64,000 bases of DNA from an uncultured Candidatus Saccharibacteria bacterium (GTDB lineage: Bacteria; Patescibacteriota; Saccharimonadia; Saccharimonadales; AWTP1-31). Positions 21,623-33,125 of this stretch are shown here, in pieces. Location: the NCBI GenBank assembly GCA_964634445.1, contig CAZWJA010000001.1:10343-74342 (forward strand), given 5' to 3'. The stretch's first letter is position 1; every line of letters begins with the position of its first letter. The translations under genes and the position numbers were made by a program. The notes beneath the pieces were generated by a model. The model had not been told where the DNA came from. It did not search any database and saw nothing but the letters and a program-made list of their open reading frames with translations.

Positions 21623-22017
21623 AAATAAGCCTCATTTTTTTGAGCAGCTAGTTGCTCGTTATGATCCAGCATACTGCAAACAATTGTCGATTCAGCCATT
21701 AGGCAGACGAGTTTCATAAGATTGCTTGTGTCGTAGGGAATAAAGCTGTCGACTAGTTCTTGGACAATTATGTCTTCACGAATACTATTAGCGGGCGAAT
21801 TATCTCTCCAACGAGCCTCGAAATTATCCATTCGTAGTCGGTCGAATTGGTAATCGTAGTAGTAGCCGTTTCTAACTTCCAATTTAGCTGCATCACCGAC
21901 ATTTTTTGCCTGAGGGTACCGCTTGCTAGTCCAAGCATAAAAACCATCGCGCAAAATCTGGTGCTGCCGGCTCCATCCCGGTTTCAAGCTGTAAGGCTGG
22001 TTGTTACCGTTAGCCAT
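21619..22017 (-). CDS. Hypothetical protein inserted in atp operon
   Basis: ATG 22017 overlaps the upstream stop (ATGGCTAA); its stop overlaps the atpC start (ATGA). Confidence 0.6.
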   Translation of the reverse strand: MANGNNQPYSLKPGWSRQHQILRDGFYAWTSKRYPQAKNVGDAAKLEVRNGYYYDYQFDRLRMDNFEARWRDNSPANSIREDIIVQELVDSFIPYDTSNLMKLVCLMAESTIVCSMLDHNEQLAAQKNEAYL

Positions 22018-22260
22018 TTGTAATTTCCCCATATTCTGCTGGCGAATCAGAGAATTGAATTGCCGCATCTGCCACACTTCTAACTTGACCGTATAGTCTT
22101 TCTATTGCTGATTGGTCGAAATCGCCTGTTCCAGTCCGCACATTATGCATGAAGGCTTCTAATTCAGCCGGCGTGACATCATGCCGTTCTACTACCGGCT
22201 TGGGCTCGTAACCGCGGTCAATGTAACCGCCGGTGGTTCCAGTGCAAGTTCCAGCTTCCA

Positions 22261-22261
<1 letters not shown>
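22010..22261 (-). CDS. Hypothetical protein inserted in atp operon
   Basis: Start overlaps the atpD stop (TAATG) with GAGG RBS. Confidence 0.6.
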
Positions 22262-24071
<1,810 letters not shown>

Positions 24072-24120
24072 TAGTTAATCTCCCTTATTTCTAATTCTGA
24101 TCTTACATATATCATAAATC

Positions 24121-24987
24121 TCACTTTATCGCCTCAGCTCCACCGGTTATTTCTGCTAGTTCCTGAGTGATTGCCGCTTGCCGGGCAGTGTTGAAGGCAA
24201 GGGTAAGGTCATCTATCAAATCACTGGCATTGTCAGTCGCATTCTTCATAGCCAACATGCGCATGGATTGTTCTGAGGCAATAGACTCCATCAAAGCTTG
24301 GCTAAGCTGAGATTCTATTAGGCGTTCTGTAATCTGCTCAAGTACGGCTTTTGGTGACGGTTCAAAGACGGCTTCCTCTAGATCCGGAATTACTGGATCG
24401 GTTACATAAGCTGCCGGCAGGATTCGCTCGACTGTTACTTCCTGGTTAATGCTAGACTTGTAATCGGTATATATTAAATCTAGAGCATCTATATCCTTAT
24501 CCGTAAACAGCTTAGTGACTGTATCAAGAATCGGCCGGATATCATTGGCCGAGGGATTGTCAGGGAAGTTCTCGTAAGCTGCAATTACATTGACACCCTC
24601 AAACCGGACTATAAACCTAGCACCTTGCTTACCGATTACTATTACCTGACTGGAAATTCCAGTTTCTTTGTCGGCCATTAGTTCTTTTGTAACTTGTTTC
24701 AAAACATTGCTGTTATATGCACCCGCAAGTCCGCGGTTGCTGGTTACAATTAAATGCAGACGAGTTTTAATAGTCCGCTTATCATATAACGGATGGCTTT
24801 TTACATCTGTAAGTTCTCGTAGACGGGCAAGAATTTGCCTGGCAAGGTTACGATAGTCGCGGCTGCGCAAAGCCAGCTCTTGAGCCCGTCGCATCTTGGA
24901 AGCGCTAACTAGCTCCATCGCTTTGGTAATCTGGCGAGTGCTCTTAACGCTTCCGATGCGTTGCTTAAGTTGCTGACGGCTAGCCAT
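24121..24987 (-). CDS. atpG: ATP synthase F1 gamma
   Basis: QITKAMELVSASK, RGLAGAYN, RQAAITQELAEI. Confidence 0.98.
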   Translation of the reverse strand: MASRQQLKQRIGSVKSTRQITKAMELVSASKMRRAQELALRSRDYRNLARQILARLRELTDVKSHPLYDKRTIKTRLHLIVTSNRGLAGAYNSNVLKQVTKELMADKETGISSQVIVIGKQGARFIVRFEGVNVIAAYENFPDNPSANDIRPILDTVTKLFTDKDIDALDLIYTDYKSSINQEVTVERILPAAYVTDPVIPDLEEAVFEPSPKAVLEQITERLIESQLSQALMESIASEQSMRMLAMKNATDNASDLIDDLTLAFNTARQAAITQELAEITGGAEAIK

Positions 24988-25504
24988 TTGCTTCTCCGTC
25001 TGCAGGAATATGATCTATCCCTTTTTCAAGCATTACTACTTCCGCGGCCATTCTTGTTGAACTTAATGTGACTTCTTCCGAATATCCTTCTTCCATACCG
25101 CGGCTGTATGCTCGACCTAGAAATGAAAAGAAATTCTCTTTAAAAACATCAGCACTATTTTCAAAATATTCACCTTCAATAGCATCATCCCTTAGGCTAG
25201 CAAGTGTTAGTTCAAAATCGATATCTGAAACTTGTCTTGCTAATAGACCATAATCAGTTACCATTTGGCGATGTGCATCCAAAAATTTAATTGAAGCAGC
25301 ACCAGCTTCTGGATCATCCATGAGTGCAGTGACTGTTGCATCTTGAATTTCAACACCGGAACCTAACAAGGCATCACGCCTTTTTACAAAATCATCATGA
25401 CGTTTTCTAGCGTAAGGATTTTCTTTCATTTTATTGACCGCGTAATACGCACTAACAATAGTTTTTTGTTCTTCTGGTTGGAATAAACTTAAATACTCGG
25501 ACAT
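24980..25504 (-). CDS. Hypothetical protein inserted in atp operon
   Basis: Start overlaps the atpA stop (TAATG); end overlaps the atpG start by 8 nt. Confidence 0.65.
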   Translation of the reverse strand: MSEYLSLFQPEEQKTIVSAYYAVNKMKENPYARKRHDDFVKRRDALLGSGVEIQDATVTALMDDPEAGAASIKFLDAHRQMVTDYGLLARQVSDIDFELTLASLRDDAIEGEYFENSADVFKENFFSFLGRAYSRGMEEGYSEEVTLSSTRMAAEVVMLEKGIDHIPADGEANG

Positions 25505-27036
25505 TAGTCTTCCTTAAATCCTTCAACAATATCTTTGGCCACGCCTAAAATTGCTTTCTTAGTTTCGTCGCTTGGCTTGTCACCTTTGTTTAGCTCTTCC
25601 ACGACTTTCTTGTGTCGGGCACTTAGCTCATGAAGCATTGCTGCTTGAGCCGGCTTGATCTTAGCAACTGGGATGTTGTCAAAAGCTCCTTCAGTTGCTG
25701 CCATTAGTGATGCTGTTTGTTCAGCGATAGACAGCGGACTGTATTGAGGCTGCTTAAGCAGTTCGGTTAGTCTTTGTCCGCGTTCGATCTTGGCCTTGGT
25801 TTCTGCATCTAGATCGCTTCCAAACTGCGCAAAAGCGGCAAGTTCCCGGAACTGAGCAAGATCAAGTCGGAGCGAACCAGCAACACTTTTTACAGCTTTA
25901 GTTTGGGCCGAACCACCAACACGGGAAACCGACAAACCAACTGAAACAGCCGGTCGGATACCTTGGTTAAACAGGTTTGTTTCCATGAAGATCTGACCGT
26001 CGGTAATAGAGATAACGTTGGTTGGGATATAGGCTGATATATCTCCAGCTTGAGTTTCAATGATTGGCAGGGCAGTTAATGACCCACCGCCTTTGGCATC
26101 GCTCATTTTTGCCGCTCGCTCTAGCAGGCGAGAGTGCAGGTAGAAAACATCACCCGGGTAGGCTTCACGTCCTGGTGGACGGCGAAGCAGTAACGACATT
26201 TGCCGGTAGGCCACAGCGTGCTTACTTAGGTCGTCGTAAGTTATCAGCGCGTGCTGGCCATTGTCTCTAAAATATTCGCCGATAGCGGCACCGGCGTACG
26301 GTGCTAAGTACTGCATTGAAGCTGGGTCGGCTGCACTGGTTGCTACGACTATAGTCTGGTCCATGACGCCTTCGCGCTTCAATCGCTCGATTATTCTAGC
26401 GACTTTACTCAACTTTTGTCCAACTGCAACATAGATATTGATAACTCCGGTTTTCTGCTTGGCCTGGTTGATCATGGTGTCGACTGCAATTGCAGTCTTA
26501 CCAGTCTGACGGTCGCCAATAATCAGCTCACGCTGGCCTCGGCCGATCGGTACCATAGCGTCTATAGCCATGATTCCGGTCATTAATGGTTCGCCAACGC
26601 TTTTTCGATCTAAGACTCCAGGTGCAATCTGTTCGACCAAGCCAAACTTCTTAGATTTAATTGGGCCTTTGTTATCTAGCGGGCGACCTAAAGGGTCGAC
26701 AACACGGCCAACAAGTTCTGGGCCAACTGGGATTTCCATGACTCGTCCGGTTAGTTTGGCCCGCATGCCAGCCTTAACTTCAACGTCTTCGCCCATCAGT
26801 ACGGCACCAATTTCACCTTCTTGCAAGTTCAAAGCGAATGCTGGCACTGGCTTGCCAGTGCCTTCAATTTCAATCATTTCGTTGTAGCCACAGTTCTGCA
26901 AACCGTAGATCCAAGCAATACCATCACCAACTCGGGTAACAATACCAACGCTTTCAATCTCTGGGCTATGCTTCAGCTCCTCGATTGCTCGACGAATGTC
27001 GGCGCTTAGTTCCTTAATATTAATGTCAGTTGCCAT
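25504..27036 (-). CDS. atpA: ATP synthase F1 alpha
   Basis: [34 protein letters not shown]. Confidence 0.99.
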   Translation of the reverse strand: MATDINIKELSADIRRAIEELKHSPEIESVGIVTRVGDGIAWIYGLQNCGYNEMIEIEGTGKPVPAFALNLQEGEIGAVLMGEDVEVKAGMRAKLTGRVMEIPVGPELVGRVVDPLGRPLDNKGPIKSKKFGLVEQIAPGVLDRKSVGEPLMTGIMAIDAMVPIGRGQRELIIGDRQTGKTAIAVDTMINQAKQKTGVINIYVAVGQKLSKVARIIERLKREGVMDQTIVVATSAADPASMQYLAPYAGAAIGEYFRDNGQHALITYDDLSKHAVAYRQMSLLLRRPPGREAYPGDVFYLHSRLLERAAKMSDAKGGGSLTALPIIETQAGDISAYIPTNVISITDGQIFMETNLFNQGIRPAVSVGLSVSRVGGSAQTKAVKSVAGSLRLDLAQFRELAAFAQFGSDLDAETKAKIERGQRLTELLKQPQYSPLSIAEQTASLMAATEGAFDNIPVAKIKPAQAAMLHELSARHKKVVEELNKGDKPSDETKKAILGVAKDIVEGFKED

Positions 27037-27051
27037 GTTTAATCTTTCTCC

Positions 27052-27444
27052 TTATACCAATGTCTTTAGTCGCTGTAATTGCCGGCGTACGGTTAAATCT
27101 AGGCTCGAGTCAGCTGTTTCACAGCGCACGCCGCCAATTACATTCGGATTAATTGTTAATTCTAATACTATTTTCTTGGCACTACTTTGTGCCTTAAATA
27201 TATCTGTAATCTGTTGTTCTAATACGGGTTCGATTGCTCGGGCAGCCGTAACATGAACATACAAAATTCCTTCGCTCTCATAAAGCTTCTTCTCAACGTC
27301 ACGGATGATTGCTTTTAGGTCGCCAATACGGCGTTCTTCTACCAAATAGGCAGCTAATGAGTTGGTCACGTCCTTAATTTCTTTGCCGGACTTTAGATCT
27401 GACAGAATTGCACGGGCGATAACAGCATTAGTTTCCTTAGCCAT
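27052..27444 (-). CDS. atpH: ATP synthase F1 delta (short)
   Basis: INPNVIGGV...DLTVRRQL C-terminal domain; operon position. Confidence 0.88.
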   Translation of the reverse strand: MAKETNAVIARAILSDLKSGKEIKDVTNSLAAYLVEERRIGDLKAIIRDVEKKLYESEGILYVHVTAARAIEPVLEQQITDIFKAQSSAKKIVLELTINPNVIGGVRCETADSSLDLTVRRQLQRLKTLV

Positions 27445-27450
27445 AATTAA

Positions 27451-27993
27451 TTACGCCCGTACTCTTTCTATCTTGTCTAGTGCTCTTTGAATTAGGCTAG
27501 CGTCTTTCTTAGCGTCAACTTTTTCATGAATAATGACTTCAGTGGCTTCACTGACTAGTGCCAGCATTTCACCGCGCAGCTGGTTTCGTGCCTTGTCCAT
27601 CTCGCGTTTGATCCGGCCTTCAGCGTCTTTCAGCATTGTATCTACTTTCTTAGAAGCACTAACCTCTGCCGCCTTAATCATTGTGCTCGATTCCTTGTTG
27701 GCGTTGGCAATAATTGCATCAGCTTCGGTCCTAGCTTTTTGGTGGAGCTTCTGTAGCTCAACTTCAAATTCAGCCTGCTTCTTCTGCATAGAAATACCAA
27801 GGTCAACGCCCGAGTCGATCGTCTTGCGTCGTTCTTCAAGCGTATTGACGATATTAGTCAGCGCGAATTTCTTGATCAAGAAAAACAAAAGCAAAAATAC
27901 GCCGGCCTGCATCAAGATTACCTTGATGTCTAGTCCCAGTACCGCGATGCCTTCTTTCTCTTCGGCTGCAAATTGTATTAATGAACTAATCAT
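27451..27993 (-). CDS. atpF: ATP synthase F0 subunit b
   Basis: TM then LEERRKTI coiled coil; operon position. Confidence 0.93.
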   Translation of the reverse strand: MISSLIQFAAEEKEGIAVLGLDIKVILMQAGVFLLLFFLIKKFALTNIVNTLEERRKTIDSGVDLGISMQKKQAEFEVELQKLHQKARTEADAIIANANKESSTMIKAAEVSASKKVDTMLKDAEGRIKREMDKARNQLRGEMLALVSEATEVIIHEKVDAKKDASLIQRALDKIERVRA

Positions 27994-28020
27994 TTATTTC
28001 CTTTATTTTGTTTTAGAACG

Positions 28021-28059
28021 GAGCAGGGCGGCGAACCGCCCAAGTTTAATCTGTTGCTC
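28021..28059 (-). promoter_or_regulatory. Intercistronic stem-loop between atpE and atpF
   Basis: mRNA GGGCGG-UUCG-CCGCCC inside a GAGCA/UGCUC stem, with no U tail. Confidence 0.6.
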
Positions 28060-28061
28060 GT

Positions 28062-28310
28062 CTATTTAACAATGATACCGGCTGCTAATGTCAGCAGGGC
28101 GGTAACTTCGATCATTGCCGCGATAATAATAACCTGGCTCGCAGCCTTACCAGCTTCCGGGTTACGTCCTAAAGCTTTCATATAAGCTTGTCCGACCATA
28201 CCCAGTCCGATAGCAGCACCGACCATGCCGATACCGACCATGAATGACTTGCTGTTGAAGGGACCTGATCCGGTTGCTTCAGCAGCTACTTTTGTTAGTA
28301 ATGGTGCCAT
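28062..28310 (-). CDS. atpE: ATP synthase F0 subunit c
   Basis: Gly-rich helix, RNPE loop, conserved Glu (MIEVT). Confidence 0.95.
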   Translation of the reverse strand: MAPLLTKVAAEATGSGPFNSKSFMVGIGMVGAAIGLGMVGQAYMKALGRNPEAGKAASQVIIIAAMIEVTALLTLAAGIIVK

Positions 28311-28380
28311 TTATTTAAACTCCTTATTTTGTACCGCAAGCACCCTGGCAAGCCAGAGAAAATTCTCACGGATATTAATA

Positions 28381-29250
28381 TTAATGGCTAACATCTCCCT
28401 CGAGCTTCGCGACCACAGGGTCGGTTTCGTGGGCAGGATGTTCGTCGTCATGGCCGTGGCTAATTGCCAGACCTAGGTATGTAGCGGCAAGTACGGTAAA
28501 GACATACGCCTGAATGCCCGCTACAAGCATTTCAAATATGGCGATTGGTAGAATTGTAAACGATCTGAAGTCTTTGCCGATGTAGGCGAATATTCCGATT
28601 AAAATCTCACCCAGGGCGGTATTAAGAAACAGCCTAAGGCTGAGGCTTAAGACGCGGGTGAACTCTCCGAAAACTTCCAATATGCCGATAAAAAGGTTGA
28701 TCGGGTTGAGCGGCTTGTCGGTAAAGTAGTGTTTAAGGTGACCGATAAAACCGGATTCCTTAATCGACAAGTACTGGACTGTAATAATAGCTATTAGCGC
28801 CATTGCGATCGTGCCGTTAAGATCAGCTGTAAACGGACGTAGCAGAGGAACATTTCCTTCATGTGTAGTTGCGAAAACTCCAGGACCTACAATTGGCAAT
28901 AACCCCATTAGATTGGAGAAAATAATAAATAAGAAGAACGTCCCAAAGATTGGTGCATATTGGACCGCTTTAGCGCGTGAGCCTAATGGGCCTTCGACCA
29001 GCCCGATAATAAACTCGGCAATAATCTCAATCACTTGGTTGATTCCTCTTGCGGCTTTGATATGGATTTTAGTTTTAGCAAATATCAGCCACATTACCAG
29101 CAGTGCTGCACAGATCGCTCCGTAAATAAAAGAATTACTGATCGGCAAACCATGCCAAGTAAAAATATTCTCAGGACTAATAGAAATATGTAGGTCTTCG
29201 GCTGCAAAACGGCTAAACGGATTAGCTAAAGAAATAAGGGAATTTAGCAT
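28381..29250 (-). CDS. atpB: ATP synthase F0 subunit a
   Basis: PFTADLN, SLSLRLFLN, IQAYVF; GGAGG before ATG 29250. Confidence 0.96.
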   Translation of the reverse strand: MLNSLISLANPFSRFAAEDLHISISPENIFTWHGLPISNSFIYGAICAALLVMWLIFAKTKIHIKAARGINQVIEIIAEFIIGLVEGPLGSRAKAVQYAPIFGTFFLFIIFSNLMGLLPIVGPGVFATTHEGNVPLLRPFTADLNGTIAMALIAIITVQYLSIKESGFIGHLKHYFTDKPLNPINLFIGILEVFGEFTRVLSLSLRLFLNTALGEILIGIFAYIGKDFRSFTILPIAIFEMLVAGIQAYVFTVLAATYLGLAISHGHDDEHPAHETDPVVAKLEGDVSH

Positions 29251-29326
29251 AGACCTCCAGTGGGTTGACACTCCCAAGAGTTCGTCGTCTTACCTAAGGC
29301 GGCGGTTCGTATACTCATCTCCGTGC

Positions 29327-29356
29327 ATTATAACAGGAGTCAGGACGCTACTGCAA
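29327..29356 (-). promoter_or_regulatory. Probable sigma70 promoter of atp operon
   Basis: TTGCAG-N18-TATAAT with TGn extended -10 on the minus strand. Confidence 0.6.
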
Positions 29357-29438
29357 CAGCTTTTTGATTGGATTAATAAAACCTGTTTTTGTTCACCTTA
29401 AACTTAATCAATTAAGTTATAAATGGTATAATCTAAGC

Positions 29439-29666
29439 ATGATAACTCTTTACACGTCACCAGCCTGCGCTTACTGCCACATGGCTCGTGAATACCTTAA
29501 ATCCAAGAAGCTCAAATTTAAGGAATATGACATCAGCGACAATCCTAAGGCACTCGACTTCGTACTAAACAAAGTCGGGCAGGCAGCAACCCCAGTACTT
29601 GATATCGACGGGACTATAATTCTAGGCTTCAACCGGCCGCAGATTGACTTAGCACTGCGCAAATAA
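29439..29666 (+). CDS. Glutaredoxin (NrdH/YruB-like)
   Basis: CAYC, TPV, GF motifs; start at ATG 29439. Confidence 0.9.
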   Translation: MITLYTSPACAYCHMAREYLKSKKLKFKEYDISDNPKALDFVLNKVGQAATPVLDIDGTIILGFNRPQIDLALRK

Positions 29667-29771
29667 CTATTACTTAGTGATTTTTATCACACGCTATATT
29701 TAGTGTATGTGCTTTACACAACACCACTACTGTTATATAATCCACTTGGAGAATAACTTTGGAGGTCCTCA

Positions 29772-30422
29772 ATGAGTCAGCCCAATCCAGTAGGAGTTAC
29801 TGTGCCAGATCATGAAAGGCATCTCAATATTGTGCCAACAATGCCCGAAGTAGCTGAAATTGTAATTCCAGATTATGAAGTTACTGAATATAGCGTAGAG
29901 AGTTTAACTAGTCCTAATGACCCAATGGTCTCAATGATCGACATGACTCTTTTTGATAACCGAAAATGGATGCACGGATACGAAATTGCCGGTGCTGAAG
30001 TAGTTCCTGACCGCGAATCAAGGCTACGAGTTGTTCGAAATGTTATCGGCATCTTTCCGGAGTATCAAGATTTTGGGCGCGTCAGTCCTAATACACTCTT
30101 GAGTCATGCAAAATATCTGGAGCATTCAAAAAGAACAATTAATAAAGTGTCAAAATCAGTGGCAGAACACTTAAGCGACAGAGGTCAATCTTCAATTGAT
30201 GAAGTCTTCCTTCGTCTAGTTGAGGCAAAAGATCCGCTAGCCGTAACGCTGGCTAGAATCTATCAGGATCCTCAGATTAACGAGCGGGTATTTGCTAGTA
30301 TCTATCGTGATTCTATTGTCGCCTTTCATAGGGATGAAGTTAAGAACCTGATCGATTTGCAACTAAATAAGCTTCGCATAGGAAAAGTAGTAATAGAAAA
30401 GCAAGTTGAACCCACAAACTAG
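29772..30422 (+). CDS. Hypothetical protein
   Basis: 216 aa ORF with GGAGG RBS and no recognised motif. Confidence 0.7.
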   Translation: MSQPNPVGVTVPDHERHLNIVPTMPEVAEIVIPDYEVTEYSVESLTSPNDPMVSMIDMTLFDNRKWMHGYEIAGAEVVPDRESRLRVVRNVIGIFPEYQDFGRVSPNTLLSHAKYLEHSKRTINKVSKSVAEHLSDRGQSSIDEVFLRLVEAKDPLAVTLARIYQDPQINERVFASIYRDSIVAFHRDEVKNLIDLQLNKLRIGKVVIEKQVEPTN

Positions 30423-30448
30423 ATCACAAACGCTGATACAATTAGTGC

Positions 30449-31018
30449 ATGAGTTTTGATGGTTATAAAACTAAAGATTCAGTAGTAATTGTTTACACCG
30501 GAGACAACAAAGGCAAAACCAGTGCTTCTTTAGGACTCATGGTCCGAGCTTTAGGCAACCGCTGGAACGTAGCTTTTATTCAGTTCATCAAATACTGGGG
30601 CGTTGGTGAGCATGTTTTTATTCGGGATATTAGTAGCCTTTATAAAAACCATGTCTACTTTTATAAGGGTGGCAAAGGTTTTTACAAAGCTGGCGACCTA
30701 AGCCCTCAGAATATTAGCGAAGAAATGCACAAGCAGGCTGCAAAAGAAACGTACGATCAAGCTTATTTAGCAGCCACCAACGGCAAATACGACCTGGTTA
30801 TCTGCGATGAAATCAACAATGCCGTAAACGACGGCTTGATTACCAAGGCCATGCTCAAAAAACTAATTAAAGACAAGTCTGCCAAAACCAGCCTGTGCCT
30901 GACTGGCAGGAATTTCCCCAAAGACTTGCTTGAATATGTAGATATCGCCACAGAGATGAAGAAGATCAAGCACCATTTCGACGACAAGTTCCTAGCTAAT
31001 CCGGGAATAGACTATTAA
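30449..31018 (+). CDS. Cob(I)alamin adenosyltransferase (CobO/BtuR family)
   Basis: YTGDNKGKT, QFIK, DEIN, LTGR, TEMKKIKHHF, GIDY. Confidence 0.88.
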   Translation: MSFDGYKTKDSVVIVYTGDNKGKTSASLGLMVRALGNRWNVAFIQFIKYWGVGEHVFIRDISSLYKNHVYFYKGGKGFYKAGDLSPQNISEEMHKQAAKETYDQAYLAATNGKYDLVICDEINNAVNDGLITKAMLKKLIKDKSAKTSLCLTGRNFPKDLLEYVDIATEMKKIKHHFDDKFLANPGIDY

Positions 31019-31067
31019 TGTATAGATCTTTATTTGCATATAATTCAGATCGGTTTAGCATATTATT

Positions 31068-31589
31068 ATGAGCCAACCGACTTTATACCTCATGCTTGGA
31101 TACCCGGGTTCGGGCAAAACAACAGCCAGCAAGGCGATTGCCAAAGTCGCTCATGCGGTGCATCTGTGGGCCGACCATGAAAGGCGGTTGAAGTTTAAAG
31201 CTCCAACTTACGGGCATCAGGAAAATCTTAGACTATATGATGACTTGAACCACAAGACCAAAGTCCTGCTCACAGAAGGTAAAAGCGTTGTCTTTGATAC
31301 CAACTTCAACTTCTACAAAGACCGCCAGCATCTGCGGAAAATTGCCAAAGACTGCGGTGCAGAAACAAAACTTATTTGGGTTAAAACCGATAAGAAAATA
31401 GCCAAGCAAAGAGCAACCGAAGATGCCCACCTTCAGGAGACTAGGGTGCTCGGTAACATGCCGCCGGAAGAATTTGACCGAATGTCCGGCAACATGGAAA
31501 AACCCCGCGGTGGCGAAAAATATATTGAACTAGACGGCACTAAAATTACTAAAAGCTATGTCGCTGACAAATTAGATATTGTCGTTTAG
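31068..31589 (+). CDS. P-loop kinase (AAA_33-like)
   Basis: GYPGSGKT, VVFDTNF...DR. Confidence 0.8.
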   Translation: MSQPTLYLMLGYPGSGKTTASKAIAKVAHAVHLWADHERRLKFKAPTYGHQENLRLYDDLNHKTKVLLTEGKSVVFDTNFNFYKDRQHLRKIAKDCGAETKLIWVKTDKKIAKQRATEDAHLQETRVLGNMPPEEFDRMSGNMEKPRGGEKYIELDGTKITKSYVADKLDIVV

Positions 31590-31669
31590 TCTTTTTTATC
31601 ATTTATCTAGTCCGTCAATATTATTTTGTAATTAAAGTATAATTAGCTGAATCAAGCGAGGGTATCTTA

Positions 31670-32233
31670 ATGGCTAGAAGGAAAAAGGCAAAGCGGACTT
31701 TGATAATTACTATTATTGCGCTGTGCCTGGCTTTCGCCCAGCAGAAAGGCTATCTCCAGCCGATCGAGCAGAAAGCATCTCAAAACCAGCCAGGATTATA
31801 TAAAGTTACGACCTTCACCGACGGTGACACGATAACGATTGATATGAACGGTACGGAAGAAAAAGTCAGGTTTATCGGGGTCGATACGCCTGAAACTCAC
31901 GATCCAAGAAAAAGTGTTCAGTGTTTCGGTATGGCGGCCGCTAATTACACTAAAAACCTAATCGGGCTAAATCGGGTTAGGTTAGAGTCAGATCCAACCA
32001 ACACCAACCGGGATCGCTACAACCGGCTGCTTAGATATGTTTACTTGCCAGATGGCAGATTAGTCAATGCCGAAATAATTAAGCAGGGCTACGGCTTCGC
32101 CTACACTTACTTTCCATTTACTAAGCTGGATGAGTTTGTCAGCTACCAAAAAGAAGCTGAGATGAATAAATTAGGTCTGTGGGGCAGCTGTACTATTACT
32201 TCTGAAGACAATGGCCAGGTTCACACCGATTGA
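31670..32233 (+). CDS. Thermonuclease (SNase) family, secreted
   Basis: DGDT, VRFIGVDTPE, DRYNRLLRYV, GLW. Confidence 0.92.
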   Translation: MARRKKAKRTLIITIIALCLAFAQQKGYLQPIEQKASQNQPGLYKVTTFTDGDTITIDMNGTEEKVRFIGVDTPETHDPRKSVQCFGMAAANYTKNLIGLNRVRLESDPTNTNRDRYNRLLRYVYLPDGRLVNAEIIKQGYGFAYTYFPFTKLDEFVSYQKEAEMNKLGLWGSCTITSEDNGQVHTD

Positions 32234-32235
32234 AT

Positions 32236-33078
32236 TTATTGAAATGGCTGGGGACGGGGCTTATTGGGATTAGTAAACAATTTCTTGAGCGAAAATCTGT
32301 GCTTGTCTGCGTCATAAGCTAGAACCAACGGCCTCAGGAAAATATAGCCGACAAAGTAGGCGACAATGGCGATATAGCCACCTATAGTCTTGATCCCATG
32401 GCGAGTGTAGGTAAGATTGCTAAGCCGAATATAGCGGTAGAAATTTTTCGGCGTATCAGAGTAACGCCGGGCTGACATTCCAGCTCGGAGGTTAATGTCG
32501 TATCGGATTTTTCTTTTATGTTTAAACAAATGAATTGCGATGTCGGCATCTTCATATATATAGTCGATATGGCATAGTTCACTGCGAATAAAGTCCCAAT
32601 CTGTCTTTCTAATTGCCATATTAGTTCCAAACAAAAACGGCCAGTTTTTCTCATGCTTGTATAAAATATTCTTAAAGAAATCCTCAACCCAATGATTCTG
32701 CGGCGACAGCGGCATATCGTACCAGTGGCTGGATCCGGTGACAGCAGCAATAGAATCGTCGGACATTATCTTGATAGCCGTCTCGGTCCAATTTGGCTCA
32801 AGCTTGGTATCGGCGTCAATTCGGCCGATAATGTCAGACTTAGCAGCATTGAAGCCAGTAGTCCTGGCATATAGCGTACCTTGTTTGCTTTCGGTGATTA
32901 CTCTTACGAAAGCAAATGACTTGGCAACTTTGAGCGTTGAGTCGGTTGAATTGTTATCGACAACAATAACCTCATCCGGCATATGAGTTTGCTTAGCAAC
33001 CGAATCCAAGCAGTGTTTTAAGGCGTATTCTTCGTTATATACTGGTATAATCAAAGATAATGTTAATGCTTTTTTCAT
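32236..33078 (-). CDS. GT2 glycosyltransferase
   Basis: IIPVYNEE, VVDNNSTD, RIDAD, ED. Confidence 0.9.
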   Translation of the reverse strand: MKKALTLSLIIPVYNEEYALKHCLDSVAKQTHMPDEVIVVDNNSTDSTLKVAKSFAFVRVITESKQGTLYARTTGFNAAKSDIIGRIDADTKLEPNWTETAIKIMSDDSIAAVTGSSHWYDMPLSPQNHWVEDFFKNILYKHEKNWPFLFGTNMAIRKTDWDFIRSELCHIDYIYEDADIAIHLFKHKRKIRYDINLRAGMSARRYSDTPKNFYRYIRLSNLTYTRHGIKTIGGYIAIVAYFVGYIFLRPLVLAYDADKHRFSLKKLFTNPNKPRPQPFQ

Positions 33079-33125
33079 AAGTTAATTAAGTCATAACCAT
33101 TGGTTTATTATTATAAAGACTATTC

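Noticed and set aside
28062-28310. Na+-coupled ATP synthase
   Set aside because: Subunit c has EVT rather than the E-S/T Na+ signature; probably H+-coupled.
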